From Candidatus Latescibacterota bacterium (GTDB lineage Bacteria; Latescibacterota; UBA2968; GCA-2709665), in NCBI GenBank assembly GCA_965208835.1, contig OZ242358.1, positions 1,056,001-1,120,000 on the forward strand: DNA of 64,000 nucleotides, given 5' to 3'. Each line of letters opens with the position of its first letter. Positions within the stretch are counted from its first letter, which is position 1. The position numbers and the translations under genes were made by a program. Of this stretch, positions 1 to 8,975 are shown one piece after another. The notes under the pieces were generated by a model, which made no database searches, was not told the origin of the DNA, and saw only the letters and a program-made list of their open reading frames with translations.

Positions 1-2
1 TT

Positions 3-464
3 CTCCTGTATCAACTGTGGATCTTCGTGGCGCCCGGACTGTTGACAACCGAGCGGCGGTACGTATCTTTCATTGTCTTTTCGTCGTCGATATGTTTCGT
101 CCTGGGAGGCGCCATCGCATACCTGAGCGTGGTGCCGCTGTCGTTTCGATTCCTGATTCTGATCGGCGAAGGAACCGGCGTCGACCCCCAGTTCGACATC
201 GGCTTCTACATCGGTTTCGTGTTGCGCCTGCTGGTTGCCTTCGGCGTCGTTTTCGAACTGCCGGTCGCGGCGTTCTTTTTGAGCCGGATCGGCCTGCTGA
301 CCGCGCAGCGGATGCGCCGGGGACGGCGGTACGCAGTGGTGATCGGCTTTGTTCTGGCGGCGCTGCTCACGCCTCCGGATCCGATCTCACAGTTGATGAT
401 GGCGCTGCCGCTGGTGCTGCTCTACGAATTCAGCATCTGGGTCGCGCGGGTCGCCGGCAGATGA
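3..464 (+). CDS. tatC: Twin-arginine translocase subunit TatC (5' partial)
   Basis: Motifs YQLWIFVAPGL..ER, FGVVFELP and AALLTPPDPISQ; frame is open to the window edge. Confidence 0.95.
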   Translation, partial: LLYQLWIFVAPGLLTTERRYVSFIVFSSSICFVLGGAIAYLSVVPLSFRFLILIGEGTGVDPQFDIGFYIGFVLRLLVAFGVVFELPVAAFFLSRIGLLTAQRMRRGRRYAVVIGFVLAALLTPPDPISQLMMALPLVLLYEFSIWVARVAGR

Positions 465-551
465 GCCGCACGTTCGGCCGCTGCCGTCGAAGTCCCGCTG
501 TACGGGCTTGGTAAGAAGCGTCAGTCTGGATTGATAAAGGGTTCTTTTTAT

Positions 552-1529
552 ATGAGCATAACGGTTGCGGTCGGGGTTCTGGCGCTGTGTTTCGCGGTGC
601 TATCCAAATGCGCGTCCTGGTTTGTGGACGGTGCGGTCGGGATTGCCGAGTACCTGAATGTGCCGAAGATGCTGATCGGCATCGTGCTGGTGAGCCTGGC
701 AACGACCTCACCCGAGCTGGCCGTTTCCGTGCTCGCCGCGCTCGAGGGCCATCCCGAGATGGCGCTGGGCAATGCCATCGGGTCGGTGATCGTTGACGAC
801 GGTGTTGCGCTGGCGCTGGGCGTTCTCGTGGCCGGGTCGCCGATCCTCATCAATCCCTATCTGCTGTGGACGACAGGGATCTTCCTGATTGTCGTGGATC
901 TGGCCGCGTACGCGATGGCGTTCGACGGAACGCTGGATCGGATCGAGGGCGGCGTTCTGCTGCTCCTCTTCGTGGCATACACGGTCTTTACCTATGTGAC
1001 GCGCCGCCGCTCCTCCCAGGCCGAAGGGAACCGGATGGAGGAGCTCAAGGAGATCGAGGCTTCCATTGAGGGGCGAGGTCTCGGGACATTGATGCTCTGG
1101 TTTTGCATCGGGCTGGTCGGGGTGCTGATATCCAGTCATTTTATCGTGGAATCCGCCGTGGTCATCGCCGAGGCATTGGACGTCAGCGAAGCGGTGATTG
1201 CGCTCACGGTGATCGCCATCGGCACGTCGCTGCCGGAGATCGCCACCGGGGTGACGGCCGCCAGGAGAGGACACGGCGAGATCGTGGTCGGTAATATCCT
1301 GGGTGCGGATATCCTGAACATCTGCTGGATCGCCGGCGCATCCGCGGTGGTGAATCCACTCGTGGTGACGCAGAAAGTAATCCACTTTTCGTTTCCGGCG
1401 ATGCTGGTGATCGTTTTTGCGATGCTCATCATGATGCGCACAGGCTACCGTATGACTCGAATCGAGGGATTCGTCTTGCTTGCGATATACGGGGCGTACC
1501 TGGCATTAACGGGGTTTTTGTTCTTATAG
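552..1529 (+). CDS. Calcium/sodium antiporter (YrbG-like)
   Basis: Two alpha repeats (ATTSPEL..GNAIGS and GTSLPE..GNILG); very hydrophobic. Confidence 0.9.
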   Translation: MSITVAVGVLALCFAVLSKCASWFVDGAVGIAEYLNVPKMLIGIVLVSLATTSPELAVSVLAALEGHPEMALGNAIGSVIVDDGVALALGVLVAGSPILINPYLLWTTGIFLIVVDLAAYAMAFDGTLDRIEGGVLLLLFVAYTVFTYVTRRRSSQAEGNRMEELKEIEASIEGRGLGTLMLWFCIGLVGVLISSHFIVESAVVIAEALDVSEAVIALTVIAIGTSLPEIATGVTAARRGHGEIVVGNILGADILNICWIAGASAVVNPLVVTQKVIHFSFPAMLVIVFAMLIMMRTGYRMTRIEGFVLLAIYGAYLALTGFLFL

Positions 1530-1538
1530 GGGACCACT

Positions 1539-2573
1539 ATGGGCGGGATATTCGTGACGGGCGGGGCGGGGTTCATCGGCGCCACCTTCATTCGGTACTG
1601 GCTGTCCAGATACCCGGACGACAGCGTTATCAACTACGATCTGCTCACCTATGCCGGAAATCCGGAAAACCTGGCCGACGTGGCCGAGATCTATCCCGGC
1701 AGGTATGAATTCGTCCAGGGCGATATCGGCGACTATGGGCTGACACGGGATCTTCTCGAGCAGCACAGGCCGGACACCATTGTGAACTTTGCCGCCGAGT
1801 CGCACAACAGCCGCGCGGTTGTCAATCCCGGCGTCTTCTTCGAAACCAATGTGCTGGGTACCCAACGCCTCCTGCAGGCGGCTCACGACGCCGGTGTGCC
1901 CAGGTTCCACCACATTTCCACCTGCGAGGTCTACGGGGACCTGCCACTGGATTCGGAAGCGAGCTTTTCAGAGACCGACCCGTATCAGCCGCGTACGCCG
2001 TACAACGCATCGAAGGCGGCGGCCGATCTGGCTGTCAGGGCGTACCACCTCACGTTCGGATTGCCGGTTACGATTTCCAATTGCGCGAACAACTACGGGC
2101 CTTATCAGTTCCCGGAAAAAGTAGTCCCGCTGTTCGTCACACAGCTGCTTGACGGAAAGAAGATGACGCTCTACAAGAGCAGCCGGAACAAGCGGGAGTG
2201 GCTGCACGTGGAGGACCACTGCCGTGCGATCGACCTGATCCTGAAACGGGGAAAGATCGGGGAAACGTACAACGTCGGGAGCGGCGTTGAGGTGGACGTC
2301 GAGACGATCGCGGACACCATACTGGATGTACTGGGGTTGGACGGATCTCACAAAGTCTACGTTCCGGACCGCCCCGGACACGACCGCAGATACCTTCTCG
2401 ACTCGAAAAAGCTGCGTACGCAGCTCGGATGGCGTCCGGAAATTTCATTCGAGCGGGGTTTCAAGGAGACGGTACTCTGGTACACCGATAACCGGGCCTG
2501 GTGGGAACCTCTGCTGAAACGTCTGGACGTGGACGAAGAAGGCTGGAGGCAGGCGACGTCCCGGAAGTCGTGA
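1539..2573 (+). CDS. rfbB: dTDP-glucose 4,6-dehydratase
   Basis: VTGGAGFIG, DLLTYAGN, FAAESH, YNASKAA, NNYGPYQFPEK, DRPGHDRRY. Confidence 0.95.
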   Translation: MGGIFVTGGAGFIGATFIRYWLSRYPDDSVINYDLLTYAGNPENLADVAEIYPGRYEFVQGDIGDYGLTRDLLEQHRPDTIVNFAAESHNSRAVVNPGVFFETNVLGTQRLLQAAHDAGVPRFHHISTCEVYGDLPLDSEASFSETDPYQPRTPYNASKAAADLAVRAYHLTFGLPVTISNCANNYGPYQFPEKVVPLFVTQLLDGKKMTLYKSSRNKREWLHVEDHCRAIDLILKRGKIGETYNVGSGVEVDVETIADTILDVLGLDGSHKVYVPDRPGHDRRYLLDSKKLRTQLGWRPEISFERGFKETVLWYTDNRAWWEPLLKRLDVDEEGWRQATSRKS

Positions 2574-2610
2574 TCTGCGTCTTGCGATCTTGCCCTCGAA
2601 AGGAAACTGA

Positions 2611-3183
2611 ATGCCGTTCCGGTTCCAGAGATTGGGAATTCCCGACCTTATTCTGGTTGAACCCCGGGTCTTTGAGGACAGTCGCGGTTTTCTGATGGAG
2701 TCATACAAGAAGTCGGATTTCGAGGCCAACGGGATTCACGCCGAGTTCGTACAGGATATCCATTCCCATTCGGTAAAGGGCGTTCTGAGGGGAATGCATT
2801 ATCAACTGCATCCGAAGGCGCAGGCCAAGCTGGTGCGGGTTGTCAAGGGCGAGGTGTTCGACGTTGCCGTGGATATCCGAAGGAATGCGCCCACTTTCGG
2901 AAAGTGGGAGGGGGTTGTGCTGTCGGAAGGGAATTTCAGGATGTTCTATGTTCCGGAGGGTTTCGCTCACGGGTTCTGCGCGCTGAGCGACGAGGCGGAA
3001 TTCGTCTACAAGGTCACGGCGGAGTTTGCGCCGGACCTCGACCGGGGCGTCCTGTGGAACGATCCGGCCATCGGCATCGACTGGCCGGTTTCCGATCCGA
3101 TACTGTCAGGGAAGGACCTCGAACTCCCCGCACTGGCCGACGCCGAGAATAACTTCGACTATGAACCCGGTGCGGGAGTATGA
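2611..3183 (+). CDS. rfbC: dTDP-4-dehydrorhamnose 3,5-epimerase
   Basis: FEDSRGF, GVLRGMHYQ, DVAVDIR, PEGFAHGF, WNDPAIGIDWP. Confidence 0.95.
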   Translation: MPFRFQRLGIPDLILVEPRVFEDSRGFLMESYKKSDFEANGIHAEFVQDIHSHSVKGVLRGMHYQLHPKAQAKLVRVVKGEVFDVAVDIRRNAPTFGKWEGVVLSEGNFRMFYVPEGFAHGFCALSDEAEFVYKVTAEFAPDLDRGVLWNDPAIGIDWPVSDPILSGKDLELPALADAENNFDYEPGAGV

Positions 3184-3265
3184 GACAGAAGCGAGATCGA
3201 ACTGATTCGGCGGGGGTGACGCAGGTACCAAACGCGCAAGTGGAAACGCAGGATCCGGTCTGATA

Positions 3266-3907
3266 TTACCCTAGCGGGCCGCTGCCGCCGAAGAGGTCTT
3301 CGCCTTCTTCGGCGGTTTCTTCTTTGTTCGAGATGCCCCAGATCAGGCCGTGGGGGTCCAGCTCGTTCAGCGGGGGACTGTCGTAATCCGGCTGCAGATC
3401 GCCGCCGCAGATGGGGCAGCAGTCGTAGGAGGGATGATACAGGACGCCGTTGTTGCAGGTCTTGCAGGACTTCACCATCGTATCCAGCTTCTCGCCGCAG
3501 CGCACGCAGTGCTGGAAGTATCCGTCGTAGGGCGTGTTCTTCCCGCAAGACGAGCAGTTCACGACGTCGTGCAGTCCCAGCTTTTCCGCGGGAGGCTGCT
3601 CGAGAGATATCGCCTGCCGGTCCGGAACGGAGACGTATTCGGCACGGAAAGTCTGGAATTTCTCGCGGATCTGGCTGGTTTGAACGCCCAGGTATTTTTC
3701 CGAAATCGTGATCGTGAAAACCAGGTTCGGCGAGATTCCCAGGAAGTGGATGAGGTCGCGCGTGTTCCAGTCCCGCTGCTCGACGATCGTGGCCTCGTGC
3801 GTTTCACACAGGCTCAGAAAGTCCTGGATTTTTTTCCGGTTTTCACGCCGCCGGCTGTTGTCTTCCCGTTCAAATTCGTACAGCGTGCCGAAGTCGATGC
3901 GGATCAT
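3266..3907 (-). CDS. Hypothetical protein with C-terminal double zinc ribbon
   Basis: Four CxxC pairs; start overlaps the uvrA stop (ATGA). Confidence 0.75.
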   Translation of the reverse strand: MIRIDFGTLYEFEREDNSRRRENRKKIQDFLSLCETHEATIVEQRDWNTRDLIHFLGISPNLVFTITISEKYLGVQTSQIREKFQTFRAEYVSVPDRQAISLEQPPAEKLGLHDVVNCSSCGKNTPYDGYFQHCVRCGEKLDTMVKSCKTCNNGVLYHPSYDCCPICGGDLQPDYDSPPLNELDPHGLIWGISNKEETAEEGEDLFGGSGPLG

Positions 3908-6675
3908 CTCCCGATCACCTCTTTGAGAAAGCGGCCCGTGTGGGACGCGGGCGCCGCGGCAATACGCTCCGGGGGACCCTCGGAAATGATCCGGCCGCCG
4001 GAATCGCCGCCGTCCGGACCGAGGTCGACAATCCAGTCCGCCCTTTTCACCACATCCAGGTTGTGTTCGATCACAATGACGGAGTTGCCCTTATCCACCA
4101 GCCGGTCAAGCACCGCAATGAGCGACCGGATGTCCTCAAAGTGCAGCCCGGTTGTCGGTTCGTCCAGAATATACATGGTTTTTCCGGTTGCCACACGGGA
4201 AAGTTCAGCGGCCAGCTTTATGCGCTGGGCCTCGCCTCCGGAGAGGGCGGTTGCCGATTGGCCCAGCCGGATGTATCCCAGGCCGACCTCCGCAAGCGTC
4301 TTCAGTTTCCGGCTTGCGCCCGGTATATCCCTGAAGAAAGTGAGCGCCCTTTCCGCGGTCATGTTCAGAACGTCGGCGATCGAACAGCCCTTGTAGCGGA
4401 TTTCCAGGGTCTCCCTGTTGTACCGGCTTCCGCCGCAGGCGTCGCAGGTCACATAGACGTCGGGAAGGAAGTGCATTTCGATCCGCCGAAGGCCGTCGCC
4501 CTGGCAGGGCTCGCAGCGCCCGCCCTTCAGATTAAAGCTGAAACGGCCCGGCGTATAGCCGCGAACCCTTGATTCCGGCAGCTGCGCGTAGAGATCGCGG
4601 ATGTCAGAGAAGAGGTCGGTATAGGTGGCGGGATTCGATCTGGGTGTGCGGCCGATCGGCGCCTGATCGATTCGAATGATCTTGTCGATCAGGGAAAGGC
4701 CCTCGATACCGTCGTGTGCGAGAGGTGTGGCCGAAGCGTTGTGCAGCCTGCTCGCCAGCGCCGCATAGAGTGTCCCGTTGATCAGGGTGCTCTTGCCTGA
4801 TCCGGACACGCCTGTGACGCAGACGAGTACGCCCAGCGGGAGGGAAACGTCAATGGACTTGAGATTGTGCCCTCGAGCGCCCTTCAATACGATCCTGCCG
4901 GTGGGTTTCCGTCTGTCGGGCGGCGGGGGAATGGTCTTCCGCCCGGAGAGATACGCACCCGTGACGCACTCGCCTGCGGCCATTATTTCCCGGGCTGTGC
5001 CCTCGGCCATGAGTTCGCCGCCCCGCTCGCCCGCTCCCGGACCGAGGTCGATCAGACGATCCGCGGCCAGCATGGTTTCCCGGTCGTGTTCCACCACCAG
5101 AACGGTATTGCCGTGGTCGCGGAGCATTTCGAGCGTATGGATCAGCTTGCGGTTGTCCCGGGGGTGCAGCCCGACACTGGGTTCGTCCAGAACGTACAGC
5201 ACGCCGGACAGGCGGGCGCCGATTTGCGTGGCCATGCGGATCCGCTGTGTTTCGCCGCCTGAGAGCGAGGCAACACTTCGTTCAAGGGCGAGATAGCCCA
5301 CGCCCACCTCGTTCAGGAAGACAAGCCGATTGCGGATCTCGCGAAGAATGGGGTCAACGACGTCCCTGGGTCCAAGCCTCCCCTCAAGGAGATCCATGAA
5401 ATCGATTGCTTCGTCGACGCTCATGGCCGACACCTGCGCGATGTTCCTGCCTTCGATTCTGACCGCCAGGGCCTCCGTTCGCAGGCGGGCGCCTCCGCAG
5501 TCGGAACAGTCGACGGTTCGGACGTACGGCTCCTGCCTGGATCCTGCGTCATCCGGCCCGGCATCCGCAAGCCGTTTTTTCAGGTAAGGGATTACACCGT
5601 CGAAGCCGAGAGAACGATCGCCCCACAGGATGGCCTCCCTCGCCTTGGGCGGCAGGGACGCGAAAGGCGCAGCGAGATCGAAGCGAAAGCGGCCCGCAAG
5701 GCGCTCGAGCAGATCGAGCCTCGCACGGCCCTTGGGGACGCCCCAGGGCGCAATCGCGCCTTCGGCAATAGAGCGGCGCGCGTCCGGGACCACGCGGTCA
5801 GGGTCGATATCGGCCCTCACCCCCATTCCATTACACGCCGGGCAGGCACCGTGCGGACTGTTGAACGAGAACAGGCGGGGAGCCAGTTCCACAAAACCGA
5901 TGTCGCAGGTTCTGCAGATCAACCGGGTGGAAAAGTGCAACTCGCGGCCTTCGAGGACATCCAGAGCGACCATTCCGCCGGAAAGGGAAAGGGCGGTCTC
6001 CAGCGAGTCGGCGAGGCGCCGTTCGATTTTCGGTCGGACGATCAGACGGTCCACAACGGCGTCGATGGTGTGCGATTGCGTCGGATCCAGACGTATCTCT
6101 TCGTCCAGGGCGCGTTCGTTTCCGTCAATTCGCACACGCACATAACCGTCGCGCCGCAGACGATCCAGCTCCTGATCGAAACGACCCTTACGGTTTCGAA
6201 TCCTGGGCGCCAGAATCCGCAGGCGCGCGCCGTCCGGCAGCGCCATCGCGGTGTCGACTATCTCGCCCACGGTCTGGGAGGCAACGGGATTGCCGCAATT
6301 CGGGCAATGCGGCAGCCCGGCGCGCGCGAAGAGGATTCTGAGATGGTCGTGGACTTCCGTCAGGGTGCCGACCGTCGACCTGGAATTACCGGATGCGCGG
6401 CGCTGTTGAATCGCCACGGCGGGAGAGAGTCCGTCGATGCTGTCCACGTCCGGTCTCTCCATCACCTCCAGGAACCGCCGCGCGTGGGCTGACATTGCCT
6501 CGACGTACCTGCGCTGTCCTTCGGCGTAGATCGTGTCGAACGCAAGCGAGGTTTTTCCTGAGCCGGACGGCCCGGTGATGACCACGAAACGGTTCTTGGG
6601 TATGTCGAGATCGAGATCCCGGAGGTTGTGCTGGCGGGCGCCCCGTATTCGGATCGCATCGTTGGCAATTGGCAT
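3904..6675 (-). CDS. uvrA: Excinuclease ABC subunit UvrA
   Basis: GARQHNL, GSGKTSLAFDTIYAEGQRRY, two ABC signatures LSGGE, zinc fingers; start placed at MPIAND (6675). Confidence 0.97.
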   Translation of the reverse strand: MPIANDAIRIRGARQHNLRDLDLDIPKNRFVVITGPSGSGKTSLAFDTIYAEGQRRYVEAMSAHARRFLEVMERPDVDSIDGLSPAVAIQQRRASGNSRSTVGTLTEVHDHLRILFARAGLPHCPNCGNPVASQTVGEIVDTAMALPDGARLRILAPRIRNRKGRFDQELDRLRRDGYVRVRIDGNERALDEEIRLDPTQSHTIDAVVDRLIVRPKIERRLADSLETALSLSGGMVALDVLEGRELHFSTRLICRTCDIGFVELAPRLFSFNSPHGACPACNGMGVRADIDPDRVVPDARRSIAEGAIAPWGVPKGRARLDLLERLAGRFRFDLAAPFASLPPKAREAILWGDRSLGFDGVIPYLKKRLADAGPDDAGSRQEPYVRTVDCSDCGGARLRTEALAVRIEGRNIAQVSAMSVDEAIDFMDLLEGRLGPRDVVDPILREIRNRLVFLNEVGVGYLALERSVASLSGGETQRIRMATQIGARLSGVLYVLDEPSVGLHPRDNRKLIHTLEMLRDHGNTVLVVEHDRETMLAADRLIDLGPGAGERGGELMAEGTAREIMAAGECVTGAYLSGRKTIPPPPDRRKPTGRIVLKGARGHNLKSIDVSLPLGVLVCVTGVSGSGKSTLINGTLYAALASRLHNASATPLAHDGIEGLSLIDKIIRIDQAPIGRTPRSNPATYTDLFSDIRDLYAQLPESRVRGYTPGRFSFNLKGGRCEPCQGDGLRRIEMHFLPDVYVTCDACGGSRYNRETLEIRYKGCSIADVLNMTAERALTFFRDIPGASRKLKTLAEVGLGYIRLGQSATALSGGEAQRIKLAAELSRVATGKTMYILDEPTTGLHFEDIRSLIAVLDRLVDKGNSVIVIEHNLDVVKRADWIVDLGPDGGDSGGRIISEGPPERIAAAPASHTGRFLKEVIGR

Positions 6676-6722
6676 GCAGGACCGGGGAGGCAAAACCCCG
6701 ATCGGATGACCGGGGCTCCGGA

Positions 6723-6790
6723 TGGCGCGGCAGAGCGGACTCGAACCCCCAACGGTCTGGTCCGAAGCCGAATGCCGGGCAGTTGCCGCG
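6723..6790 (-). pseudogene. Degenerate tRNA-like element (anticodon position reads TCG, Arg)
   Basis: CGCGGCA/TGCCGCG acceptor-like stem, 3' CCA, GTTCGAGTCC T-loop, CTTCGGA loop; D-arm collapsed and stems mismatched. Confidence 0.5.
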
Positions 6791-7128
6791 AGAATGTTGT
6801 CCAAATATACGTCGCGCGGGCCGCGTCGCAAGCCCAAAAATCGCCACTTGACATTGCCTGAGAAAATCCGAAAATTATGGGCTGGTGTGCAAGATCGGAA
6901 GATCCCATGGGCGCCATTAACCTTAATTCGACAAAAACAGCAACTCGGCGTCCTGAGAAGACCTTCCGAAACGGGCCGAAAAGGGCGTCCAAACGGACAT
7001 CTCTTCCGTTCACGTCCAGTGACGTGAAGTATCCCGGCATTCCGACGTCAAATCGCCTTAATTAACGTGCTTGTATTCGATTCAACTTCCCCGAAAAACG
7101 ACGAATCCTGGTTAATGGGGGGTGTTAA

Positions 7129-8418
7129 GTGGGAGACCTTTCGGCAGCGTTATTCGAAGCTGCGCAGCGGGTGATTCCAGGCGGGGTGAACAGCCCTGCG
7201 CGGGCGTTTGGCCCGGTGGGGGGCCAGCCGCTTTTTATCACGCGGGGACGCGGTTCGAAGGTCTACGATGCAAACGGGCGAGAATATATAGACTACGTCT
7301 GCTCGTGGGGTCCATTGATTCTCGGCCACGCGCCGGAGGTCGTGGTTGAGGCGCTCAAGGGGGTCTGCGAGCATGGTACGAGTTTCGGCGCACCCACGGA
7401 AATTGAAGTCGAAATGGCACGGCTGGTCACCGACCTCGTGCCAGGCGTGGAAATGGTGCGTATGGTGAACTCGGGCACGGAGGCCACGATGTCCGCGGTG
7501 CGCCTGGCCAGGGGGTATACCGGACGGGAGAAGGTCATCAAGTTCGAAGGCTGCTGGCACGGGCACGCGGACAGCTTTTTGATTCAGGCGGGGTCGTCTG
7601 CGCTGACCACGGGCGTGCCCAGCAGCCCGGGCGTGACCGCCGGAACGGCCTCCGGTACGGTCACCGCGACCTACAACGACCTTGACGCGGTCAGGCGGAT
7701 CGTGGCGGAGAATCCGGACGAGATCGCGGCGGTCATCGTAGAGCCGGTGGCTGGAAACATGGGTGTGATTCCCCCGGCGGAGGGGTTCCTGCAAGGGCTG
7801 CGCGAGCTCACCCATGATAACGGTATCGTGGTGATTTTCGACGAGGTCATTACGGGTTTCCGGGTTCATCCTGGCGGCGCCCAGGGGTTATACGGGATTA
7901 CGCCCGATCTGACCACGCTCGGAAAGATTATCGGCGGTGGCCTGCCCGTGGGTGCGTTCGGGGGCCGGCGGGAGATCATGTCGCACATTTCACCGCTGGG
8001 CAAGGGGGTATCGCAGGCAGGGACGCTATCGGGTAATCCTCTTGCGATGACGGCCGGCTTTGAGACGCTGATGCAACTCCGCGAACCGGGCGCCTACGAG
8101 TCGCTCGAGGCAAAATCCGCCGCACTGGAAGCCGGTTTCCGGGAAAACCTGAAGTCGCTCGGGCTGCCCTTCTGCCTGAACCGGGTTGGGTCGATGATGA
8201 CGCTGTTCTTTACGGACCGCGCCGTGACACGATACGAAGCCGCCGTGGCTTGCGACCAGGACGCCTTCGCGCGTTACTTCCGTCTGATGCTGGAACAGGG
8301 TGTGTACCTGGCGCCCTCTCAATTCGAAGCCACATTTGTCTCGCTGGCGCATTCTGATGAGGATATCGACCGAACGGTAAGCGCGCAACTCACGGCCCTG
8401 AAACAATGCGTGGATTGA
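7129..8418 (+). CDS. hemL: Glutamate-1-semialdehyde 2,1-aminomutase
   Basis: [47 protein letters not shown]. Confidence 0.97.
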   Translation: MGDLSAALFEAAQRVIPGGVNSPARAFGPVGGQPLFITRGRGSKVYDANGREYIDYVCSWGPLILGHAPEVVVEALKGVCEHGTSFGAPTEIEVEMARLVTDLVPGVEMVRMVNSGTEATMSAVRLARGYTGREKVIKFEGCWHGHADSFLIQAGSSALTTGVPSSPGVTAGTASGTVTATYNDLDAVRRIVAENPDEIAAVIVEPVAGNMGVIPPAEGFLQGLRELTHDNGIVVIFDEVITGFRVHPGGAQGLYGITPDLTTLGKIIGGGLPVGAFGGRREIMSHISPLGKGVSQAGTLSGNPLAMTAGFETLMQLREPGAYESLEAKSAALEAGFRENLKSLGLPFCLNRVGSMMTLFFTDRAVTRYEAAVACDQDAFARYFRLMLEQGVYLAPSQFEATFVSLAHSDEDIDRTVSAQLTALKQCVD

Positions 8419-8870
8419 AGTTGATTCTCATGTTGTCGCTCGGATTGACGGGATGCGGCGGCGACAATGATCATTTTACGCGGCTCCGGTCCGGAACGCC
8501 GCGGGAACGCGAGGATGCGGCGGCGTATCTGGGCGCGCACCGCGTGCCCGGGGCGGTACCCCATTTGCGCCAGGCGCTGAGAGACACGGTTCCTGAAGTG
8601 CGGGCCAAGGCCGTCTGGGCGCTGGGGATGTTGGGGGCCGGCGAAGCGCTTCCCGATCTGGTGCCGTTCCTCAGAGACAGCAGCCGACGGTTACGCCAGC
8701 AGGCCGCCGTCGCAATCATGCATATCGAACAGCCCGAGGCCATTGCCGTTCTGGAGTTCGCGATGCGGACGGAACGAGATCCGTGGGTCAGGAGCGATCT
8801 GGCAAGGGCTGTAGAGCACCTCAAGCAATTCGTGGGTGAATCGGATATCGCGGAGGGCGCGTTTCGGTAG
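8406..8870 (+). CDS. HEAT-repeat lipoprotein
   Basis: Lipobox LTGC; HEAT-like repeats ([15 protein letters not shown]). Confidence 0.8.
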   Translation: MRGLKLILMLSLGLTGCGGDNDHFTRLRSGTPREREDAAAYLGAHRVPGAVPHLRQALRDTVPEVRAKAVWALGMLGAGEALPDLVPFLRDSSRRLRQQAAVAIMHIEQPEAIAVLEFAMRTERDPWVRSDLARAVEHLKQFVGESDIAEGAFR

Positions 8871-8975
8871 GCGTCTACTGAGCGTGACGAAGGACATCGA
8901 ACCGCGCAGAACCGTATCGTTGGATGAATGGTGGGATTTTTCGGGGACAGAAGCTAATTCAGGGGTATTGCAATT

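Noticed and set aside
6676-6837. N-terminal extension of UvrA
   Set aside because: Homology starts near MPIAND and the extension runs across the tRNA-like element.
6848-7100. Possible ncRNA between uvrA and hemL
   Set aside because: A promoter-like TTGACA and short hairpins are present, but no recognisable family or long stem.
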